From assembly GCF_003991155.1 (NCBI RefSeq), contig NZ_CP031293.1: a DNA stretch of 64,000 bases; one strand, written 5' to 3'. The DNA comes from Escherichia coli. GTDB lineage: Bacteria; Pseudomonadota; Gammaproteobacteria; Enterobacterales; Enterobacteriaceae. Both the position numbers and the translations under genes were made by a program. Position 1 is the first letter of the stretch, and each line of letters opens with the position of its first letter. The notes beneath the pieces are model-generated. The model was not told the origin of the DNA and did not search any database. It saw nothing but the letters and a program-made list of their open reading frames with translations. This document shows positions 22,136 through 31,445 of the stretch, piece after piece.

Positions 22136-23281
22136 ATGAGCAAGACATTTGCCCGCAGCAGCCTGTGTGCGCTCACCATGACAATAATGACCGCTCACGC
22201 CGCCGAACCGCCTACCAATTTAGATAAACCGGAAGGGCGACTGGATATTATCGCCTGGCCGGGATACATCGAACGCGGACAAACTGATAAACAATACGAC
22301 TGGGTAACGCAATTCGAAAAAGAGACAGGCTGCGCGGTGAATGTGAAAACCGCCGCGACTTCCGATGAAATGGTCAGTCTGATGGCCAAAGGGGGTTACG
22401 ATCTGGTTACGGCATCCGGCGATGCCTCGCTGCGCCTGATTATGGGCAAACGCGTGCAGCCGATTAATACCGCCTTGATTCCCAACTGGAAAGCGCTCGA
22501 TCCGCGCGTGGTTAAAGGCGACTGGTTTAACGTTGGCGGCAAAGTTTACGGCACACCTTACCAATGGGGGCCGAACCTGCTGATGTACAACACTAAAACC
22601 TTCCCGACGCCGCCGGATAGCTGGCAAGTGGTTTTTGTTGAGCAGAATCTGCCGGACGGCAAGAGCAATAAAGGCCGCGTCCAGGCTTATGATGGCCCTA
22701 TCTACATTGCGGACGCTGCGTTGTTCGTTAAAGCCACTCAGCCGCAGTTGGGCATCAGCGATCCGTATCAACTCACCGAAGAACAGTACCAGGCGGTGCT
22801 GAAAGTGCTGCGCGATCAACATAGTTTGATCCATCGCTACTGGCATGACACTACCGTGCAAATGAGCGATTTCAAAAACGAGGGTGTAGTTGCTTCCAGT
22901 GCCTGGCCCTATCAGGCCAACGCCTTGAAAGCCGAAGGCCAGCCTGTCGCTACCGTTTTCCCGAAAGAGGGCGTTACCGGTTGGGCTGACACCACCATGC
23001 TACATAGCGAAGCGAAACATCCGGTTTGCGCCTACAAATGGATGAACTGGTCATTAACCCCAAAAGTGCAGGGCGATGTGGCGGCCTGGTTTGGCTCGCT
23101 ACCAGTAGTGCCGCAAGGGTGTAAAGCCAGTCCGTTATTAGGCGAGAAAGGTTGTGAAACAAACGGTTTTAACTATTTCGATAAAATCGCCTTCTGGAAA
23201 ACGCCTATAGCAGAAGGGGGCAAGTTTGTTCCCTACAGTCGCTGGACGCAGGATTACATTGCCATTATGGGTGGTCGCTAA
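22136..23281 (+). CDS. ydcS: Periplasmic polyamine-binding protein of ABC transporter
   Basis: 381 aa with signal peptide; PotD/PotF-like substrate-binding protein; first gene of the ydcSTUV-patD cluster. Confidence 0.85.
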   Translation: MSKTFARSSLCALTMTIMTAHAAEPPTNLDKPEGRLDIIAWPGYIERGQTDKQYDWVTQFEKETGCAVNVKTAATSDEMVSLMAKGGYDLVTASGDASLRLIMGKRVQPINTALIPNWKALDPRVVKGDWFNVGGKVYGTPYQWGPNLLMYNTKTFPTPPDSWQVVFVEQNLPDGKSNKGRVQAYDGPIYIADAALFVKATQPQLGISDPYQLTEEQYQAVLKVLRDQHSLIHRYWHDTTVQMSDFKNEGVVASSAWPYQANALKAEGQPVATVFPKEGVTGWADTTMLHSEAKHPVCAYKWMNWSLTPKVQGDVAAWFGSLPVVPQGCKASPLLGEKGCETNGFNYFDKIAFWKTPIAEGGKFVPYSRWTQDYIAIMGGR

Positions 23282-23298
23282 CTTCGCTGGGGTGTTTT

Positions 23299-24312
23299 AT
23301 GACGTACGCAGTGGAGTTTGACAACGTCTCACGGTTGTACGGTGACGTGCGCGCAGTAGATGGCGTCAGTATTGCGATAAAAGATGGTGAGTTCTTCTCT
23401 ATGCTGGGGCCGTCCGGTTCCGGCAAAACCACCTGCCTGCGCCTGATTGCTGGATTCGAACAACTTTCCGGCGGGGCTATCTCTATCTTTGGTAAACCCG
23501 CCAGCAATCTGCCACCGTGGGAGCGGGACGTGAATACTGTCTTCCAGGACTACGCGCTATTTCCGCATATGTCGATTCTTGACAACGTCGCCTACGGGCT
23601 GATGGTCAAAGGCGTGGATAAAAAACAGCGGCATGCGATGGCGCAAGAGGCGCTGGAGAAAGTGGCGCTGGGTTTTGTTCAGCAACGTAAACCGTCACAA
23701 CTTTCTGGTGGTCAGCGCCAGCGGGTTGCTATCGCCAGAGCATTGGTGAATGAACCGCGTGTGTTGTTGCTGGATGAACCGCTCGGCGCACTGGATCTCA
23801 AATTGCGTGAGCAGATGCAACTGGAACTGAAAAAGCTGCAACAGTCTCTCGGTATCACTTTTATCTTCGTTACCCACGATCAGGGCGAAGCGTTATCGAT
23901 GTCCGATCGTGTGGCGGTTTTCAATAATGGACGCATTGAGCAGGTCGATTCCCCGCGTGATCTCTATATGCGCCCGCGCACGCCGTTTGTTGCCGGGTTC
24001 GTCGGGACATCGAATGTTTTTGATGCACTGATGGCAGACAAACTTTGTGGCATGACGGGAAGCTTCGCCCTGCGACCGGAACATATCCGCTTCAACATCC
24101 CCGGCGAAGTGCAGGCCAATGGCACGATCCAGGCGGTGCAGTATCAGGGCGCGGCGACCCGTTTTGAACTGAGACTGAACGGCGGTGAAAAACTGCTGGT
24201 GAGTCAGGCCAATATGACAAGCGAAGAACTGCCCGCCACGCTCACGCCCGGAAAACAGGTGATGGTTTCCTGGTCGCGTGATGTGATGGTACCGCTGGTT
24301 GAGGAGAGGTGA
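23299..24312 (+). CDS. ydcT: ABC transporter ATP-binding protein
   Basis: Walker A GPSGSGKTT, signature LSGGQRQR, Walker B LLLDEP. Confidence 0.9.
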   Translation: MTYAVEFDNVSRLYGDVRAVDGVSIAIKDGEFFSMLGPSGSGKTTCLRLIAGFEQLSGGAISIFGKPASNLPPWERDVNTVFQDYALFPHMSILDNVAYGLMVKGVDKKQRHAMAQEALEKVALGFVQQRKPSQLSGGQRQRVAIARALVNEPRVLLLDEPLGALDLKLREQMQLELKKLQQSLGITFIFVTHDQGEALSMSDRVAVFNNGRIEQVDSPRDLYMRPRTPFVAGFVGTSNVFDALMADKLCGMTGSFALRPEHIRFNIPGEVQANGTIQAVQYQGAATRFELRLNGGEKLLVSQANMTSEELPATLTPGKQVMVSWSRDVMVPLVEER

Positions 24313-25254
24313 ATGGCGATGAACGTATTGCAATCACCTTCACGTCCAGGTCTGGGTAAGGTGTCCGGTTTCTTCTGGCGTAATCCGGGGCTGGGGCTGT
24401 TTTTGCTGCTGCTTGGCCCGCTAATGTGGTTTGGCATTGTCTATTTCGGCTCGCTGCTAACGCTGTTATGGCAGGGCTTTTATACCTTTGACGATTTCAC
24501 CATGTCGGTAACGCCGGAACTGACGCTGGCGAATATCCGTGCGCTGTTTAATCCGGCGAATTACGACATCATTCTCCGCACGCTGACTATGGCTGTGGCA
24601 GTCACTATCGCCAGCGCCATTCTGGCTTTTCCAATGGCGTGGTATATGGCGCGCTATACCAGCGGGAAAATGAAAGCGTTTTTTTATATTGCGGTAATGT
24701 TGCCGATGTGGGCGAGCTACATTGTTAAAGCCTATGCCTGGACGTTATTGCTGGCAAAAGATGGCGTGGCTCAGTGGTTTTTACAACATCTTGGGCTGGA
24801 ACCACTGCTGACTGCGTTCCTCACGCTACCGGCGGTGGGAGGTAATACGCTGTCAACTTCCGGGCTGGGGCGCTTTCTGGTGTTTCTCTATATCTGGCTG
24901 CCGTTCATGATCCTGCCCGTGCAGGCGGCGCTTGAGCGTTTGCCGCCGTCATTGTTGCAGGCGTCAGCTGATCTCGGCGCACGTCCACGACAAACCTTTC
25001 GCTATGTGGTGCTGCCGCTGGCGATCCCAGGTATTGCCGCTGGCTCTATCTTTACCTTCTCACTCACACTGGGCGATTTTATCGTCCCGCAGCTGGTTGG
25101 CCCGCCAGGATATTTTATCGGCAATATGGTTTATTCCCAGCAGGGGGCGATTGGCAATATGCCGATGGCGGCGGCATTCACCCTGGTGCCGATTGTTCTC
25201 ATCGCACTGTACCTGGCGTTCGTGAAACGTCTGGGAGCGTTCGATGCACTCTGA
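24313..25254 (+). CDS. ydcU: ABC transporter permease
   Basis: 313-aa polytopic permease; start abuts the ydcT stop (TGAATG). Confidence 0.85.
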   Translation: MAMNVLQSPSRPGLGKVSGFFWRNPGLGLFLLLLGPLMWFGIVYFGSLLTLLWQGFYTFDDFTMSVTPELTLANIRALFNPANYDIILRTLTMAVAVTIASAILAFPMAWYMARYTSGKMKAFFYIAVMLPMWASYIVKAYAWTLLLAKDGVAQWFLQHLGLEPLLTAFLTLPAVGGNTLSTSGLGRFLVFLYIWLPFMILPVQAALERLPPSLLQASADLGARPRQTFRYVVLPLAIPGIAAGSIFTFSLTLGDFIVPQLVGPPGYFIGNMVYSQQGAIGNMPMAAAFTLVPIVLIALYLAFVKRLGAFDAL

Positions 25255-26038
25255 ACGCGCACCGTTTTTCCTCAAACTGGCGGCCTGGGGCGGCGTGGTT
25301 TTCCTACATTTTCCCATCCTGATTATCGCCGCCTATGCGTTTAACACTGAAGATGCGGCGTTTAGTTTTCCACCGCAAGGCCTGACGCTGCGCTGGTTTA
25401 GCGTGGCAGCACAGCGTAGTGATATTCTTGATGCCGTGACACTGTCACTTAAAGTGGCAGCGCTGGCGACATTAATCGCGCTGGTGTTAGGGACGCTGGC
25501 CGCTGCCGCGCTGTGGCGACGAGACTTTTTCGGCAAAAACGCCATTTCGCTGTTACTGTTGCTGCCCATTGCGCTGCCGGGCATTGTCACTGGTCTGGCG
25601 CTATTAACCGCCTTTAAAACCATCAATCTGGAGCCGGGATTTTTCACCATCGTGGTCGGCCATGCGAATTTTTGCGTAGTGGTGGTGTTTAACAATGTCA
25701 TCGCCCGTTTTCGCCGCACCTCGTGGAGTCTGGTTGAGGCGTCAATGGATCTTGGGGCCAATGGCTGGCAAACCTTCCGCTACGTAGTGTTGCCGAATCT
25801 CAGTTCGGCGCTACTGGCAGGAGGAATGCTGGCGTTTGCTTTGTCGTTCGATGAAATCATCGTTACGACTTTTACGGCAGGTCATGAACGAACGTTACCG
25901 TTGTGGTTACTCAATCAGCTTGGGCGACCACGTGATGTACCGGTAACCAACGTCGTGGCACTGCTGGTTATGTTGGTAACAACCTTGCCGATCCTGGGAG
26001 CCTGGTGGCTAACCCGCGAAGGCGACAATGGTCAATAA
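25244..26038 (+). CDS. ydcV: ABC transporter permease
   Basis: 264-aa permease overlapping ydcU by 11 nt. Confidence 0.85.
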   Translation: MHSERAPFFLKLAAWGGVVFLHFPILIIAAYAFNTEDAAFSFPPQGLTLRWFSVAAQRSDILDAVTLSLKVAALATLIALVLGTLAAAALWRRDFFGKNAISLLLLLPIALPGIVTGLALLTAFKTINLEPGFFTIVVGHANFCVVVVFNNVIARFRRTSWSLVEASMDLGANGWQTFRYVVLPNLSSALLAGGMLAFALSFDEIIVTTFTAGHERTLPLWLLNQLGRPRDVPVTNVVALLVMLVTTLPILGAWWLTREGDNGQ

Positions 26039-26059
26039 CCACTGATACAGGAATATGCT

Positions 26060-27484
26060 ATGCAACATAAGTTACTGATTAACGGAGAACTGGTTAGCGG
26101 CGAAGGGGAAAAACAGCCTGTCTATAATCCGGCAACGGGGGACGTTTTACTGGAGATTGCCGAGGCATCCGCAGAGCAGGTCGATGCTGCTGTGCGCGCG
26201 GCAGATGCAGCATTTGCCGAATGGGGGCAAACCACGCCGAAAGTGCGTGCGGAATGTCTGCTGAAACTGGCTGATGTTATCGAAGAAAATGGTCAGGTTT
26301 TTGCCGAACTGGAGTCCCGTAATTGTGGCAAACCACTGCATAGTGCGTTCAATGATGAAATCCCGGCGATTGTCGATGTCTTTCGCTTTTTCGCGGGTGC
26401 GGCGCGCTGTCTGAATGGTCTGGCGGCAGGTGAATATCTTGAAGGTCATACTTCGATGATCCGTCGCGATCCGTTGGGGGTCGTGGCTTCTATCGCACCG
26501 TGGAATTATCCGCTGATGATGGCCGCGTGGAAACTGGCTCCGGCGCTGGCGGCAGGGAACTGCGTAGTGCTTAAACCATCAGAAATTACCCCGCTGACCG
26601 CGTTGAAGTTGGCAGAGCTGGCGAAAGATATCTTCCCGGCAGGCGTGATTAACGTACTGTTTGGCAGAGGCAAAACGGTGGGCGATCCGCTGACCGGACA
26701 TCCTAAAGTGCGGATGGTGTCGCTGACGGGCTCTATCGCCACCGGCGAGCACATCATCAGCCATACCGCGCCGTCGATTAAGCGTACTCATATGGAACTT
26801 GGTGGCAAAGCGCCAGTGATTGTTTTTGATGATGCGGATATTGAAGCAGTGGTCGAAGGTGTACGTACTTTTGGCTATTACAATGCCGGACAGGATTGTA
26901 CAGCGGCTTGTCGGATCTACGCGCAAAAAGGCATTTACGATACGCTGGTGGAAAAACTCGGTGCTGCGGTGGCAACGTTAAAATCGGGTGCACCGGCTGA
27001 CGAGTCTACGGAGCTTGGACCTTTAAGCTCGCTGGCGCATCTCGAACGCGTCAGCAAGGCGGTAGAAGAGGCGAAAGCGACAGGGCACATCAAAGTGATC
27101 ACCGGTGGTGAAAAGCGCAAGGGTAATGGCTATTACTATGCGCCGACGCTACTGGCTGGCGCATTACAGGATGATGCCATCGTGCAAAAAGAGGTATTTG
27201 GTCCGGTAGTGAGTGTTACGCTCTTCGACAACGAAGAACAGGTGGTGAACTGGGCGAATGACAGTCAGTACGGACTTGCATCCTCGGTATGGACGAAAGA
27301 TGTGGGCAGGGCGCATCGCGTCAGCGCGCGGCTGCAATATGGTTGTACCTGGGTCAATACCCATTTCATGCTGGTAAGTGAAATGCCGCACGGTGGGCAG
27401 AAACTTTCTGGTTACGGCAAGGATATGTCACTTTATGGGCTGGAGGATTACACCGTCGTCCGCCACGTCATGGTTAAACATTAA
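26060..27484 (+). CDS. patD: Gamma-aminobutyraldehyde dehydrogenase (aldehyde dehydrogenase family)
   Basis: 474 aa; ALDH motifs including catalytic Cys in GQDCTAAC and ELGGKAP. Confidence 0.9.
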   Translation: MQHKLLINGELVSGEGEKQPVYNPATGDVLLEIAEASAEQVDAAVRAADAAFAEWGQTTPKVRAECLLKLADVIEENGQVFAELESRNCGKPLHSAFNDEIPAIVDVFRFFAGAARCLNGLAAGEYLEGHTSMIRRDPLGVVASIAPWNYPLMMAAWKLAPALAAGNCVVLKPSEITPLTALKLAELAKDIFPAGVINVLFGRGKTVGDPLTGHPKVRMVSLTGSIATGEHIISHTAPSIKRTHMELGGKAPVIVFDDADIEAVVEGVRTFGYYNAGQDCTAACRIYAQKGIYDTLVEKLGAAVATLKSGAPADESTELGPLSSLAHLERVSKAVEEAKATGHIKVITGGEKRKGNGYYYAPTLLAGALQDDAIVQKEVFGPVVSVTLFDNEEQVVNWANDSQYGLASSVWTKDVGRAHRVSARLQYGCTWVNTHFMLVSEMPHGGQKLSGYGKDMSLYGLEDYTVVRHVMVKH

Positions 27485-27525
27485 GGATAATATTGCAGAT
27501 CGTAAGAGTATGAGATGATCTTGCG

Positions 27526-27560
27526 TACTGTCAGAGCACTGATTTCTCTGACAGTACGTG
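27526..27560. terminator. Bidirectional hairpin terminator between patD and yncL
   Basis: Stem tactgtcagag (27526-27536) pairs with ctctgacagta (27550-27560) around a 13-nt loop. Confidence 0.6.
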
Positions 27561-27580
27561 CTGCGTGCAAAATCACTACA

Positions 27581-27676
27581 TCAAATAAACCAGCCAAATC
27601 TCATAGAGATAAGAGTAAACAAACCAACAGCAGCAAAGACATTTATCAGTACTACAGTTCTACTGGAAACATTCAT
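27581..27676 (-). CDS. yncL: Small membrane protein YncL (31 aa)
   Basis: Minus-strand ATG at 27676: MNVSSRTVVLINVFAAVGLFTLISMRFGWFI, stop at 27581; single predicted TM helix; below the ORF-track cutoff. Confidence 0.7.
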   Translation of the reverse strand: MNVSSRTVVLINVFAAVGLFTLISMRFGWFI

Positions 27677-27870
27677 TTTTGCCACCTTTTATCATTGCCC
27701 CTATGTGTATAGTACGGGTTAAGAAAATCCGCAATAATACTCATTCTGAAGATGGATAAGGACAAGTTGCTGTTTGATGATTTTTTCTCAAACTGGTGAA
27801 AAAACTTGATGCACGTCAAAAAATGACGCATATTTGCGCGCGTTTTATTCATCTGGCTGGACGCCCGTAC

Positions 27871-28044
27871 ATGTCTCTCTATCAACACATGCTTGTTTTT
27901 TATGCGGTTATGGCAGCAATCGCATTTCTTATCACCTGGTTTCTTTCTCACGATAAGAAACGCATCCGTTTCTTAAGCGCCTTTCTGGTGGGGGCAACAT
28001 GGCCGATGAGTTTCCCGGTGGCGCTGTTATTTTCACTGTTTTAA
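27871..28044 (+). CDS. ortT: Orphan toxin OrtT (GhoT-like small membrane toxin, 57 aa)
   Basis: Start at MSLYQHMLVFYAVMAAIAFLITWFLSHDKK...; two TM helices; no adjacent antitoxin ORF. Confidence 0.75.
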   Translation: MSLYQHMLVFYAVMAAIAFLITWFLSHDKKRIRFLSAFLVGATWPMSFPVALLFSLF

Positions 28045-28129
28045 ATCTTACTCACTGGCTTGACGGCACCACGCAGACTTATATCATTTGGATGAATCGA
28101 TAAATTTCACAAGTGGCTAAGGAGAAAGT

Positions 28130-28363
28130 ATGTCGCATCTGGATGAAGTCATCGCGCGCGTGGATGCCGCGATTGAAGAGAGCGTCATTGCCCATATGAA
28201 CGAATTATTAATCGCCCTGAGCGATGACGCGGAGTTAAGTCGGGAAGATCGCTACACCCAGCAGCAGCGTTTGCGCACCGCTATTGCTCATCACGGTCGC
28301 AAGCATAAAGAAGATATGGAAGCGCGTCATGAACAGTTAACCAAAGGCGGCACCATCCTGTGA
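28130..28363 (+). CDS. ydcY: Uncharacterised small protein YdcY
   Basis: 77-aa ORF MSHLDEVIARVDAAIEESVIAHMNELL... Confidence 0.75.
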   Translation: MSHLDEVIARVDAAIEESVIAHMNELLIALSDDAELSREDRYTQQQRLRTAIAHHGRKHKEDMEARHEQLTKGGTIL

Positions 28364-28813
28364 TTAAAATGAGCGTCTGGCTACCAACCAGGCGCCAACC
28401 ACAAGTAAAATTGCGCCACAAATTGGGCCGAACAACGCCCGTAGTGGTACGCCATGACTGCGGAAGATATCCAGAACCAGACCGCCAATCAGCTGGCTGG
28501 CGACCAGTACTGCAATAGTTGTCGCCGCTCCCACATTCTGATATCCGCTGATACTGGCGAAGACAAAAAACGATCCCAGCAAGCCAGGTATAAGTGTCCA
28601 CCAGCGCACGCTGGACACCAGTTCGCCAAACCCCGCCATACCTTGTTTAAACCATAAAATAGAAACAAAGAGCACAATCCCCACCAGTGAGTTCAGCAAC
28701 ATGGCGATGAGAATGGTAGAGGAGGTCTGGGTGATGCGCACCATCAGCGTGTTCTGGACTACCAGACCAATTCCGGCGGCAATCAAAAAGGCAAGGGTGA
28801 GCGACTGATTCAT
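28364..28813 (-). CDS. ydcZ: DMT-superfamily inner membrane protein YdcZ
   Basis: 149-aa hydrophobic ORF; start overlaps the mnaT stop. Confidence 0.8.
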   Translation of the reverse strand: MNQSLTLAFLIAAGIGLVVQNTLMVRITQTSSTILIAMLLNSLVGIVLFVSILWFKQGMAGFGELVSSVRWWTLIPGLLGSFFVFASISGYQNVGAATTIAVLVASQLIGGLVLDIFRSHGVPLRALFGPICGAILLVVGAWLVARRSF

Positions 28814-29328
28814 CCAATCGCGTCCGGTTCAGTGCGTTCGTCGAGTTGCAACTGCATAAATGTCAGATCCAGCCAGCGCCCAAATTTAGTGCCCACCTGC
28901 GGCATTTGCGCGGTGACGACAAATCCCAGCGACTGGTGCAGATGCAAAGACGCCTGATTTTGCGATTCGATCCCGGCGACCATGACATGCTTCCCGCAAT
29001 CCCGCGCTTCATCAATCAATCGGCTTAACAATTTACGCCCCAGACCTTTGCCCTGATGATCGGGATGGACATAAACCGAATGTTCCACGGTATGGCGAAA
29101 ACCATCGAAATTACGCCAGTCGCCAAACGAGGCATATCCTGTAACTACGCCATCTTGTTCACTCACCAGCACCGGATAACCAGCTAAAGTCCGCGCTTCA
29201 AACCAGGCAATGCGATTATCTGCATCCACCGTTTGGTCATTCCAGATAGCCGCCGTATACAACACGGCGTGGTTATAAATTTCCGCAATGGCAGCACAGT
29301 CGGCTTTGCGGGCAAAACGGATGGACAT
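28810..29328 (-). CDS. mnaT: L-amino acid N-acyltransferase MnaT (GNAT, phosphinothricin acetyltransferase-like)
   Basis: ORF 28810..29454; start at MSIRFARKADCAAIAEIYNH gives 172 aa; GNAT motifs. Confidence 0.8.
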   Translation of the reverse strand: MSIRFARKADCAAIAEIYNHAVLYTAAIWNDQTVDADNRIAWFEARTLAGYPVLVSEQDGVVTGYASFGDWRNFDGFRHTVEHSVYVHPDHQGKGLGRKLLSRLIDEARDCGKHVMVAGIESQNQASLHLHQSLGFVVTAQMPQVGTKFGRWLDLTFMQLQLDERTEPDAIG

Positions 29329-29508
29329 GTCTGGCCTCGATAAAATAATGATGATGATGTTATCAATACTACCGAAAACAGCCCGAAGCAACGGATTCCT
29401 CGATGAAATTATTGCGTGTTGCAGAGGGGATGTGACGGCTGCAAACAAAACCAATCCCGTGAGCCTGCTACTATTGATGGATTCATGCTAAAAGCACAGG
29501 AGAGCATT

Positions 29509-30546
29509 ATGGGGCAACAAAAGCAGCGTAACCGCCGTTGGGTTCTGGCCTCGCGTCCGCATGGCGCACCGGTTCCGGAGAATTTCCGTCTTGAAGAAGA
29601 TGATGTCGCCACACCGGGTGAAGGACAGGTGTTACTGCGCACAGTTTATTTGTCCCTGGACCCGTATATGCGTGGACGTATGAGCGATGAGCCATCTTAT
29701 TCACCGCCGGTTGATATTGGCGGCGTGATGGTCGGCGGCACGGTGAGCCGTGTCGTGGAGTCGAATCATCCTGATTATCAGCCTGGCGACTGGGTGCTGG
29801 GCTACAGTGGATGGCAGGACTATGACATATCCAGTGGTGATGAACTGGTGAAACTTGGCGATCATCCGCAAAATCCATCGTGGTCGCTGGGTGTGCTGGG
29901 GATGCCAGGCTTTACTGCTTATATGGGCCTACTGGATATCGGTCAGCCTAAAGAGGGCGAAACGCTGGTGGTTGCGGCGGCGACAGGACCAGTAGGGGCG
30001 ACGGTGGGGCAAATCGGCAAACTTAAAGGTTGCAGAGTGGTGGGGGTAGCCGGTGGCGCGGAAAAATGCCGCCATGCTACCGAGGTGTTAGGCTTCGATG
30101 TTTGCCTTGATCACCACGCGGACGATTTTGCCGAACAACTGGCGAAAGCGTGCCCAAAAGGTATTGATATCTATTATGAAAACGTGGGCGGTAAGGTATT
30201 TGATGCAGTGCTACCATTACTTAATACATCTGCGCGCATTCCCGTTTGTGGCTTAGTGAGCAGCTATAACGCTACAGAGCTACCACCCGGTCCGGATCGT
30301 TTACCCCTGTTGATGGCAACGGTGCTGAAAAAACGCATTCGCTTGCAAGGGTTTATTATTAGTCAGGATTATGGTCACCGCATCCATGAGTTTCAGCAAG
30401 AGATGGGGCAGTGGGTAAAAGAGGGAAAAATTCACTATCGTGAACAAGTTACCAACGGTTTGGAGAACGCCCCACAGACGTTTATTGGCCTGCTGAACGG
30501 CAAAAACTTCGGTAAAGTTGTTATTCGCGTCGCGGATGATGATTAA
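29509..30546 (+). CDS. curA: NADPH-dependent curcumin/dihydrocurcumin reductase (MDR family)
   Basis: ORF 29416..30546; start at MGQQKQRNRRWVLASRPHG gives 345 aa; Rossmann motif AAATGPVGATVGQ. Confidence 0.85.
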   Translation: MGQQKQRNRRWVLASRPHGAPVPENFRLEEDDVATPGEGQVLLRTVYLSLDPYMRGRMSDEPSYSPPVDIGGVMVGGTVSRVVESNHPDYQPGDWVLGYSGWQDYDISSGDELVKLGDHPQNPSWSLGVLGMPGFTAYMGLLDIGQPKEGETLVVAAATGPVGATVGQIGKLKGCRVVGVAGGAEKCRHATEVLGFDVCLDHHADDFAEQLAKACPKGIDIYYENVGGKVFDAVLPLLNTSARIPVCGLVSSYNATELPPGPDRLPLLMATVLKKRIRLQGFIISQDYGHRIHEFQQEMGQWVKEGKIHYREQVTNGLENAPQTFIGLLNGKNFGKVVIRVADDD

Positions 30547-30744
30547 AGATACGACGGCGGCATAAAGCCGCCATAAAACTCCAGGCAAAAATCTTTTTTC
30601 CAGCTTTAATTAACTTACCACTTCTCTGTTCTGTAGCTAATAACAATAAAGGTAAGTGGATAATGATTATTCAGCTTCATACGCCAGGTAAACGACTTCT
30701 ACTGTGCTGGCAGAGTTGGAACGAAAACACCTGAAGGAAATAAC

Positions 30745-31410
30745 ATGCCTGGAACGGAAAAAATACCGCATATCAGTTTAACTATGAAGGTTGAGAACGA
30801 CCTGAAACATCAGCTTAGTATTGGCGCATTAAAACCTGGCGCACGCCTGATTACTAAAAATCTGGCGGAGCAATTAGGTATGAGTATTACACCTGTGCGT
30901 GAAGCATTATTACGTCTGGTTTCGGTGAATGCGCTTTCTGTCGCACCAGCGCAAGCATTTACAGTTCCGGAAGTGGGGAAACGTCAATTAGACGAAATCA
31001 ATCGGATCCGCTACGAGCTGGAATTAATGGCAGTTACTCTGGCTGTTGAAAACCTCACCCCGCAAGACCTGGCGGAACTCGAGGAATTGCTCGAGAAATT
31101 ACAGCAGGCGCAAGAAAAGGGCGACATGGAACAAATCATTAATGCGAACAGGTTATTTCGCTTAGCGATTTATCATCGTTCAAATATGCCCATCCTGTGT
31201 GAGATGATTGAGCAACTGTGGGTCAGGATGGGACCTGGTTTACATTATCTTTATGAAGCGATTAACCCAGCGGAATTACGTGAGCGTATAGAAAGCTATC
31301 ATGAACTACTCGCCGCGTTAAAAGTAAAAGACAAAGAGGGATGCAGACATTGTCTTGCTGAAATTATGCAAAAAAACGTTGCTATGTTATACCAGCAATA
31401 TAATCGTTAA
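30745..31410 (+). CDS. mcbR: GntR/FadR-family regulator McbR
   Basis: 221-aa ORF with N-terminal winged HTH and FadR-like C-terminal domain. Confidence 0.8.
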   Translation: MPGTEKIPHISLTMKVENDLKHQLSIGALKPGARLITKNLAEQLGMSITPVREALLRLVSVNALSVAPAQAFTVPEVGKRQLDEINRIRYELELMAVTLAVENLTPQDLAELEELLEKLQQAQEKGDMEQIINANRLFRLAIYHRSNMPILCEMIEQLWVRMGPGLHYLYEAINPAELRERIESYHELLAALKVKDKEGCRHCLAEIMQKNVAMLYQQYNR

Positions 31411-31445
31411 AGTAAGTGCCCGGCAAATACCGGGCATCAAGGTAA

